Assembly: GCA_000934665.2 (NCBI GenBank)
Contig: JYFJ02001398.1
Span: 61,393-81,392, forward strand
Length of the DNA stretch: 20,000 nt
Origin: Catajapyx aquilonaris
Lineage: Eukaryota
Direction of reading: 5' to 3'
The position numbers and the translations under genes were made by a program. The notes beneath the pieces are model-generated. The model saw only the letters and a list, made by a program, of their open reading frames with translations. It was not told the origin of the DNA and searched no databases. Below are positions 1 through 8,890 of the stretch, in pieces (within the stretch, counting starts at the first letter, position 1; each line of letters opens with the position of its first letter).

Positions 1-441
1 CTTCATTTATCCACACTTAATAGTCACTTAAGCCACAATATTAAATATTTCAAATTTAGTTAAACTTTTTTGGTACGTACCACAAGTTTAAAAATCTCCC
101 TACATAAAGGCCGCTTGTAAAGAATTCTACTTCTATCATATTTGTCTACTCCCACCACATCACGTATTGCACACAATCCACTAACCAAGCAAGAAATGCT
201 CATTCTTTTCTCTACCACATGTGGTCCCCAGCCCGGAAAAAGCTGTTCTGCCAGCTGAAAGATAAGCCCATGTCTCATGCAACAGGAAGGAAAAAGCACA
301 TATCTGCATTTCCCTCTTCTGAGATTTAAGTGCTAGAAAATTAGGAATTACACAGAAAAACAAATCATGTTTGCAATTTTAATGCCAACAAAATGGGTAC
401 AACCTCAATTGAGCTTACTCACTTATGGTACCATTAATGTC

Positions 442-444
<3 letters not shown>

Positions 445-493
<49 letters not shown>
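445..493. repeat. (CT)n/(AG)n microsatellite, about 24 units
   Basis: Uninterrupted ctctct run from 445 to 493. Confidence 0.98.
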
Positions 494-496
<3 letters not shown>

Positions 497-948
497 TTTT
501 AAAAAGTGATGACTTATAAAGTGATCATCAACAAATTCTGTGAGTTTGTACACTTATTTTGAAATCACGACAGTTTGCCCTGTCCTCACAAAGAAATAAT
601 TTCTAATTACCATGCATCAGTGATTCTATTACAGGCAGAAGTGAAGGGCATTTCCACACTGACTGAAAACTGTCATGGCAAAATTTAGGCCTGGGAAATG
701 GAGCAATACAATTCCAGTTTATATGCACTCTTTTGACATTACCCAGAAAGATCAGTGCACCCCCTAAATCATGTGAGATGACTTCTTCGCACTGGTCACA
801 TTTTCATATCTATACTTATGGGGTCCCTCAGTTTCAGATTCAGGAATTTTCAGCCATTGTAGGCAAGCCTTTTAAATCACTGCAATGGCTGTCCTTGTAA
901 AACACCAGCTGATGACGTTAATGAGAAGTTACAAACCTGGCAACTTAC

Positions 949-1453
949 CCTCTCCACCTGGAATCTCACTATAAATTGGCTCAGACTTCTTCTGTGCCAC
1001 GGGCCGGACTAGCTGTCCAGATGGTTCTTTTAAAAGCCTGCAACAATGCACAAATGTGTAAAACATGTGATGTCATAATCTGCATTGCAAACGCACACCA
1101 CCACCTACTTACAGTCACTCTTAAATTTACAAATATCCTTAGAAAGGTGCAGACCTGTTAAGAAGTAAACAAGGGTGTTGCCTTTTACCTGGCCCACATA
1201 CAACTATATTTGGCAACACTCTGTGGGTGGGGTTCAGAGGATGCTGAGGGAGTGATGCAATAATCACAATAATACTCACTTGGTTGGACTTCCTTTCCGG
1301 CATAAATTAACTTGGGTCCCTCTTGTACGTGATGGTGCTGGTGACAGGGGTGGCACTTCAGGTTTAGGCGGAACAGGTGGCTTTGGTCTCCCTGTATTTT
1401 TTTGCAAGACAGTTGGGCAGTCTTTAGTATCAGCACTCCTTGCACGAGCCCAA
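949..1453 (-). CDS. Two internal coding exons (1453-1280, 1037-949) of an unidentified gene; Pro-rich, disordered, adaptor-like segment; gene probably continues left of the window
   Basis: Exon 1453-1280 has acceptor tttctgtag and donor GTGAGT (phase 2-2) and reads WARARSADTKDCPTVLQKNTGRPKPPVPPKPEVPPLSPAPSRTRGTQVNLCRKGSPT. Exon 1037-949 has acceptor tgttgcag and donor GTAAGT, joins in phase (AA|G = Lys) and reads LLKEPSGQLVRPVAQKKSEPIYSEIPGGE. Start codon and family not resolved. Confidence 0.5.
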
Positions 1454-1695
1454 CTACAGAAATAGACAACCTGGCTGGAATCTCAGCTCTTGGCCTAACG
1501 CCATGCTCTCGCTTTCATGAACTTCCCTAGCTAACATTCACTTGCGTGGTCATGTATGAACATTCCTACACCTTAATTCCTCGACCGTGTGTTATATTAG
1601 GGCCCTGTGCTTCCCTCATTATGTATTGAACAAATGGCACTTCACAGCTCCTGGTTAACAAAGGAGGTCAATGAGGAAAATTAACACATGCTTAC

Positions 1696-1769
1696 CTGTC
1701 AGTTGAGTGGCAGGGGGTAATGAGGTGGCCATGTGTGCCATGGTGTCAACTCACATGGTTGGCTGCAAC
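1696..1769 (-). other. Probable exon of the same minus-strand gene (5'UTR or ATG-bearing exon)
   Basis: Flanked by aattccag| and CAG|GTAAGC. Contains accATGG at 1741 (MAHMATSLPPATQLT, ending phase 1), which does not join the PKPPVPPKP frame. Confidence 0.4.
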
Positions 1770-4680
1770 CTGGAATTTTAAAACCATTACGTAAATTGTT
1801 ACCAGCCAATGGTAGTTATACAGAACAGAGGTAGGCTCCTATTCAACTCCTCATTCACGTAACAGAAGACTACTTATGAATTACAGGGCACCACAGCTGC
1901 GTATGATGCAAGCACGCGCTACCAGGTTAATTACAAGGCATTTTGTGCTGCATGCCTATTGCTAACCATTTGAGTACTGGGCCAAATAACCGCATATCAT
2001 ATATACAACCACAACCAAGCAGTTATTCATATAAAAATAATTAGTTTTAACTAGTATTTTAAAGCTCACTTACATCTCTCAGAGATATCTTTGTGCACTG
2101 ACAAAAATATTTCCTCTGCTGCAATGTCATGCATGCTATCTCTATTTTACATATTTCAACATTTTAGCTAAAAATTACATTTTACCAATCCCAACCACCT
2201 TTATTATAGCATCAGATAGTTATCAGGACTTTAAAAAACAAAGCATTTCCACCTCTCTAAAATATATAGGCAGATTCCATTCACAACGTGACTAATGCCA
2301 TGGGGTGTCACGTGACATCATTCTGTACCCACCCCACCCCACCAAACTGGAAATCATGCCAGCACTTCCCTTCTTTTTTATCAATTCTCATCCGTCCCTA
2401 AATTAATCACCCTCAGGAAGACTCCTTTTGGTAAATTCTGACTCATTCTTTCTAACCCCAATGTGGTTTACCAAATCCTCAAGCAAATCCTATTCAATCT
2501 GGTCAGGGTCTGGTTTATGGTCTAAGCATAGGCCTACCTACCTATTGCAAAACGAGGTGACGCACCAGTTTATATGCAATCAGGACAGTTCCATCGTTTC
2601 AGATGAATGCTTTCAAGAGAATATGCAAATTTATAACCTTGGTGTTAAAAGCAAGCCTTGAAAATTTATGCAGCAATATTTCTTTGATTGGAAAAATTAC
2701 ACTGAGGTGTGAGTAACTAACACCAACTAACACACAATATTGTCAAGTCAGGATTCTCTCACCATAACTGGACCAATAGGAGCTTTGAGTATTGATTAAA
2801 GTGCCATGTAATGTGAAAAACCATGGGAAATGGTTTGGGGGTGAAACAGGTGGGGGCACAGTATCAGCACGAAACAAGTAGTTCGTTAAAAAGGGCAGTG
2901 ATAATATAAAATCAGTATATAAATAAATTTTATGCAGTCCAGTTAACCATCTATGCAGTTAACATAAAGAATAGAGGATAGTCATTTTAAATGAATTTCT
3001 AAGGCTAACATTCACATGGAGCATTCTAAAAATCATGTCATGCAACTCAATTGCATAAAGTGCTAGGTCAGATATTGTAAGGTCAAGTAATCTACACTCC
3101 CATGTATTTTTAACATGCAGATCATAAATATACCTCAATAAAAAATAAAAGACCCTCTAAGTGCTGCCTTATCAATGGCCTTGACAATGTGAATTCAATA
3201 CCACAATTATTCAGCTAATTGGTAGGAAACATGGTGTAACTATAATGCCACCAATATCTTGAAATATGCTACTTATTCTTAACCAGTTGCTTTGGAACAC
3301 ATACTGTACTTTGAGGTTATCAAAAATAACACCTCTGAAGCTACTACAGTAATATTAGCTCGAATGGTGTCATGCTTTTAAAATGATGCAGAACCTTCTA
3401 AACTTCGAAAAATACGTGCAACCTCAGATGCCAGCAAGTCAAAATGGGTCATTCGTAATGTCTGGGGCATGAAAATTCATTGCAATTGTCCAATTGAGGG
3501 CTTCCAACCCAGTTCCAACCTAACACTACTAGTAGCAGTGAGTTTTTGATAATTTTGCTAGAAGCAACTATCGAAAGTAAATTTGATTTAAAAACAAGGA
3601 GCATAGTTCCAAATATATTATTAAAACCCTGCACATATGTCACTGTATAGTACCGTACCAGTAATAATGAATTTTGCAGGTGACATCTATGCGGCTACTG
3701 TTGTTTCCAACAATATACTGAGCTGATAGTGATAAAGAGGTGTATGTTAGAAGAGTCCTTTTCACTGGCTATGAGTTCCACATGCTGCATGATCATAAAA
3801 TTGTTTTAACGTTGCACTAAATTGTCAGTAAAATATGTACCAAAGAATGAATAACTACACGTTCAAGCATACATGAAATTCCAACTATTTATGACCACAA
3901 GGAAGCATTGGAACCTACTCCACATAATATGCTTGTACCTGACAACGTATGCTGATTGCGCAAGAGATTATCTCGTACTCTGACAGCTCTCCTTTTGAAC
4001 AGCTGAGAGCCTCCTCTCTACACATGACAATTATATATTGCACAATGTTAGTGTTGCAGCAGTGACGTACGAAATCACTCCTGTTACGTTATCACACGTG
4101 TCTGCACAATTTCTGCAGATTGGGAAACTGCTCATGTCAATTCTGCCATTTACTGACATGCACCATGTAAGATGCTGCTTCCATGTAAGGCATTCCCTTC
4201 CCATTTAATATATTTATAGAAGCTCATGCCACAAGTCGTGACCCAGAATGCGCCTATCCAATGCGACGTTCGCATGTTCGTATAGAGATCATTTTCCGCC
4301 CAGTAATCACATCCAAGACACGAGATCCCGCTGCCTCCGCAATCAAAACCGCCTGCCTGGTTTTTTATCTCTCATCCTGCAGCATCTGCCTTTTCCGGAT
4401 CAGCAACCTTCGACCCCCTGTCCTGTGCCCCCAATCTCCTAGCTGCAGCACCACTGCCAAAACTCGCATCAGTCACCACAAAAATAGAACACCTCACCAC
4501 AAAAAAAAACAGGGGATGCGACTTGCACCGCGTTTCTTACCCTTTACCCTCACACGCCGATGTCCTATCCGTTGTCCGTCTGCTGCCCCACTCTGGAGAT
4601 TCCACTTGTCTTTTCCTCCTCAGCAAGTGATCCAGACAAGGTCGCAAGCAGACCACAAGACACAGCACAACAGATGTGTG

Positions 4681-4990
4681 ACTCACTAGGCTCGCCCACT
4701 GGATCTCAGGGAGGAGGCTGGATCCTGAAGGCTCAGAGCGAGTCTATATCCATCGCCATGTTGGAACCCCACAACATGGGCGGGAATTTTGCATTTCATA
4801 ATTTGGCATCCGGAAGCTGATCCCGTGTTCAATAAATCACGGATTTTAATTTAATGTTTAAATTAAATACGAAGAGCTGAAATGTGGATGGCCTGCTCCT
4901 GATGGGCCACTGCAACCTTTATCAAAGATGGCGCCATAATGACACACCCACTTCTGACCTTTATATCTACAGACCTTATCGATAAGAAAC
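4681..4990. promoter_or_regulatory. Bidirectional promoter between the unidentified minus-strand gene and GMPPB
   Basis: Minus-strand donor GTGAGT at 4686-4681. YY1-like CGCCATGTT at 4754-4762 and AAGATGGCG at 4925-4933, pointing apart. E2F-like GGCGGGAA at 4779-4786. Perfect DRE TATCGATA at 4977-4984 inside the palindrome CTTATCGATAAG. Confidence 0.6.
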
Positions 4991-5410
4991 TGAGGTGCTG
5001 GCAGTGACAGAGTGACAACCTCGACACGTCCACCGGGCTTGGCTTGGCTGACACTGCACCGGAAAGGTTCGTTGGGCACAGGGCAAGTCGTCAGGGCGGC
5101 CTGCGTAACCTTACTTAAAGCACACTAACCGCATCTTTTGAGTGGATGCCTTCCTTGTCCTCTGGCACTATCAGAGGACAATGCTTTTGACAGTGCACTA
5201 ATATGGTCTTGACGTGCCCTGTGTTTTAGGTCTCCCGTTGCAACAGAGGAGCCGACACTATGGGAGGAACAGGTATGGAACACACGTCGCATCAAACATG
5301 GCATGAGTAACATGCAATGAGAAAGATCAGCATGGAGAGACTAACGGCATTTGACAAATTATCTGAGAAGACTCATCTACTTTTCTCTTGCAGAAGTGAA
5401 ACTAGGCTCA

Positions 5411-6731
5411 ATGAAGGCGCTGATCTTAGTAGGGGGCTATGGTACCCGCCTGCGTCCCCTGACTCTCTCCCGCCCAAAGCCTCTGGTGGAGTTTGCCAAC
5501 AAGCCCATGCTGATGCACCAGATCGAGGCATTGGTACAAGCTGGCGTCACCCAGGTGGTTCTGGCCGTCTCATACCGGGCTGAAGAGATGGAGAAGGAGT
5601 TGTCCGAAGAGGCTCAGAAGCTGGGCATCTCCTTGGTCTTCTCGCAGGAGAAGGAACCTCTCGGAACTGCTGGCCCACTGGCACTGGCCAGAGAACTCCT
5701 CAATGCAACTCCTGAACCCTTCTTTGTACTGAATTCAGACATCATTTGTGACTTCCCATTTGGAGAGATGGTGCAGTTTCACAAAGCACATGGAAAGCAG
5801 GGGACTATAGCAGTCACTCGGGTGCAGGAACCCTCAAAGTATGGAGTTGTCATTACCAAGCCTGATGGACGCATAGTGCAGTTTGTGGAGAAGCCGCAGG
5901 AGTTTGTGTCCAATAAGATCAATGCTGGGATGTACATTTTCAATCCATCAATCTTGGAGAGGATTCAGGTATAAAGCAAGAAGTTACTGCGCCTGAGTAA
6001 AAGTCACTTGACACTTTTCCTTTCATTTTTAGTTGCAGCCAACTAGCATCGAAAAGGAGATTTTCCCTGCAATGGCTGAGGAGGGTGACCTCTATGCCAT
6101 GGATCTGGAAGGCTTTTGGATGGATGTTGGCCAACCAAAGGACTTCCTGACTGGAATGTGCATGTACTTAGGTTCTGCAAAGCAGAAAGGGGTCATTCAG
6201 TTGCACACTGGATCAGGCATCGTTGGAAATGTTCTCGTGGTACGTGTGTGAAAACCACTTCCACCATCATCAGGAAAAGGCATTTTTCCTTATGATAGCA
6301 GATATGTGGTGCCATGACAAAAACCACACCTAATTTTTCTCTTGCCTTAGGACCCCAGTGCAAAGATTGGACGAGACTGCCGCATTGGTCCGAATGTCAC
6401 TATTGGCCCTGACGTTGTCATTGAAGATGGAGTTTGCATCAAGCGATCCACCCTGTTGCAGGGAGCTCACATCAAGTCGCACTCTTGGGTTGAGAACTGC
6501 ATCGTAGGATGGAAGTGTGTTGTGGGGAAATGGGTAAGACAGAATGTTTCTGATCTAAAAAAAAGGACATGGACACTAATCATTATTACAATCTTGCAGG
6601 TGCGGATGGAGAATGTGACTGTCTTAGGTGAAGACGTCATTGTGAAAGATGAGCTTTATATCAATGGAGGGAAAGTACTGCCACACAAGGCCATAGCCAG
6701 CTCTGTCCCTGACCCACAGGTCATCATGTGA
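5411..6731 (+). CDS. GMPPB: Mannose-1-phosphate guanylyltransferase beta (GDP-mannose pyrophosphorylase B), 359 aa; exons 5411-5968, 6033-6239, 6351-6533, 6600-6731
   Basis: [35 protein letters not shown]-terminus, [43 protein letters not shown], hexapeptide beta-helix ([16 protein letters not shown]) and the ..VPDPQVIM end. Three phase-0 GT-AG introns give a continuous frame. A 5'UTR acceptor ttttctcttgcag ends at 5393. Confidence 0.97.
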
Positions 6732-7112
6732 GGTCAACATGATGCCAACTTTTTCCTAGTCATTTCCAATTCCTGGGACATTGGTTCTTGAAGGTTTCTT
6801 CCCAATATTTAATTATTGAAGTTTTTACAAGAATTATTTGTACATTTTTTTGCAGCTGAATTTTTCAAACATAAGTGCACAGGACCAATTTTTTCCCCCC
6901 CACTCTGGAGTGGTTATTCCAGTGCCCCTGTTATTGCATAGTACAAAACTATAATCAGAGCCCTTGGAACCCCTATAAAAAGAAAAACAAAAATGAATAC
7001 AATTTTTCTATAATCATGCAGCACAGTGATTTATTTTAAACCTTAACAATCCAGTAATGAGGCTACTAATTACACAATTATGTAGACTAGCATAATTATA
7101 TCTATGGGTGGT

Positions 7113-7295
7113 TTATGACTTGTCTGGTGGTTTGTCCCTTTTTGCTTTTAGTCTCTCATATTCCTTGTCGGTCATTTCACGCAAATCATCAAGAGGATGG
7201 TAAAATGTGTGAACTAGTTGCGCACCTGCTGCCATGGCTAGGAGGCCTGAGACAGTAAATTTAAGGTACGTTGTCCACGTCACACCTGCTGGCAT
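7113..7295 (-). CDS. UQCC6: Sloth2 / BRAWNIN / C12orf73-like mitochondrial complex III assembly micropeptide, 60 aa
   Basis: MPAGVTWTTYLKFTVSGLLAMAAGAQLVHTFYHPLDDL matches the family pattern MPAGV..W..YL....AM.AG.Q.VH..Y.P. Good start context (AACT ATG). AATAAA on the minus strand at 7035-7030. Confidence 0.92.
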   Translation of the reverse strand: MPAGVTWTTYLKFTVSGLLAMAAGAQLVHTFYHPLDDLREMTDKEYERLKAKRDKPPDKS

Positions 7296-7329
7296 AGTTG
7301 CTGAATTTAGAGCAATGTCATGCTGGACT

Positions 7330-8240
7330 TCACTTTTCAAATTCTTCTCGTTCAAGTGCAGCTTGAGCAAGTTTTTGGGCCTGGCGTCTCTTGAACACAC
7401 GATCTGAAAATACAATAGTACACAATGTCACAAAAATTGAAACTTGAAAATTGAAAAAAATCACATGATCTTCAAAAAGCATGCTGGTGCAGGTCCAAAA
7501 AAAAAACTGACACTCCAAACAGAAGGTATGAATTTTCAGCTTTAGGGCCCATTTACACAATACCAGTCCTAATGGAAGTAGGAGCAGTCAGCCAATCATA
7601 ATGATCTCCGCTGCTACTCTCTAGTGAAATGGAGCATTCTGCTTGGCTGACCGATCCTACTTACGTCAGGAAAGTGATAGTGTAAACAAGCCTTAAACTG
7701 GACAGGAGTGACCACTAGTCATGTAATTAGTAACCCATGTCATTTGGGCTGTAGGACCATTCTGGCTAGGCCAGCTCTTAATTGTGCTCTTGAAATAAGC
7801 GGGGAAGCGTCGCCTATCTGTACAGTCAGTCACGGCTGTTATTGTTTCCTACAGCCATGCCTGATGTTTTTTAGCTGCTGGTTTTAGTGAAGCAAGAACA
7901 TGTCGCTATGAAGATGCTGTGGACCACGGTCGCTGTGGAACAATTCTGCTAATTACTTCAAAGGAATTTTTAATTGGGCGCCGGATCCTTCAATGTTTTC
8001 CACCGCATGTACTACTACTCGCTTGAACTTGTGACATCTCTACAGCAGCACAACCCAAAGGATATCCTTACAAAAGTTTGTTTCCCCGACGTGCCAGTTG
8101 ATCATGGAGAACTCGAGGGCCGCCCCGAGGACGAAGAAGACGGGCAAGAACCTGTAGATGCCAAACCTCTCCTTCCCTGGCCACCTGTTGAGCAGGCGTT
8201 TGACCCGGCTGCTATACAGCAAGCTCGGCCGGACAGGCAT
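7330..8240 (-). CDS. UQCC5: Sloth1 / SMIM4-like mitochondrial complex III assembly micropeptide, about 80 aa; exons 8240-8072 and 7403-7330
   Basis: MPVRPSLLYSSRVKRLLNRWPGKERFGIYRFLPVFFVLGAALEFSMINWHVGETNF|YRVFKRRQAQKLAQAALEREEFEK*. The PGK.RFG.YRFLP.FF.LG..E and GETNFY motifs are SMIM4/Sloth1 hallmarks. Phase-1 intron 8071-7404 (T|GTAAG ... ttttcag|AT) restores the conserved Tyr. An alternative in-frame ATG lies at 8309. Confidence 0.93.
7542..7695. mobile_element. Degenerate palindromic MITE (PIF/Harbinger/Tourist-like ends) in the sloth1 intron
   Basis: Left arm ttagggcccatttacacaatacc..agtaggagcagtcagccaa matches the reverse complement of the right arm (taaggcttgtttacactatcac..agtaggatcggtcagccaa). 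Flanked by TTA/TAA. Superfamily assignment is inferred from the end sequences only. Confidence 0.65.
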
Positions 8241-8339
8241 CGAACAATCACCCGGCGGGATCAACAACAATGCATGCTTCTTGTTGTGTTGGCGGCCCCT
8301 GCTGCTCATCTGTCCACTGGCTGCATCTGGCCACCCGTT

Positions 8340-8510
8340 TCCGCCATGTTTGTGATAAATTAAGCTGAACTGAATTTTTATGTATGAATCAAACAAACTC
8401 TAATTAGACGAACTAATTGCATTGGGATTGTTTGGATCCAAGTTTGAAAGAGGTGGTTGCCAGGGTGTGTAGAAGAAGAGAGGGCCCCAACCGTGGCCCC
8501 AACATGGCGC
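8340..8510. promoter_or_regulatory. Compact bidirectional promoter between sloth1/2 and the LAP gene
   Basis: Divergent copies of AACATGGCG (minus 8350-8342, plus 8501-8509). Drosophila-type initiator TCAGTT on the minus strand at 8373-8368. AT-rich core between GC-rich first exons. Confidence 0.65.
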
Positions 8511-8890
8511 GCGCATCCCGCAGGAGGAGCAGGGGAGAGTCTGCAGCTGCTGCGCGTTGATGGGCGAAGGCCTCGGGGTCATTGGCTCCGGTTCCGGGGG
8601 AGTGGCCTGACCTGCACTCGATCCGCTGCCCTGCCCTGCCCCTGCTCCCTCCTGGGGGCGGAAGAGACGGCCCAGGGAGGAAGGGAGGACAGGCGCCAGG
8701 AGGGACCATGGAGAGGAGGAGGCAACCGGTTTGAACAACATGCTCGGGTGAGTCAGTCACCACTCTCTCATTAAATCGGTCCTTTTTCAATGGGGTGCGT
8801 GTGTTTCAGATGGGTGCACTGGTGATGCTCTCAGGGATGAGATCCAGAGAGGTTTGGAGGTGATACGGCACCTGACCACCCAACCACCAA

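Noticed and set aside
4248..4820. Plus-strand ORFs of 64-142 aa upstream of GMPPB
   Set aside because: They lie antisense to the first exon/intron of the minus-strand gene, with no domain or splice support.
7974..8790. ORFs 7974-8363 (+), 8400-8741 (-), 8413-8790 (-) and 8457-8774 (+)
   Set aside because: GC-rich leader/promoter sequence or antisense to sloth1, with non-ATG starts and no recognisable protein features.
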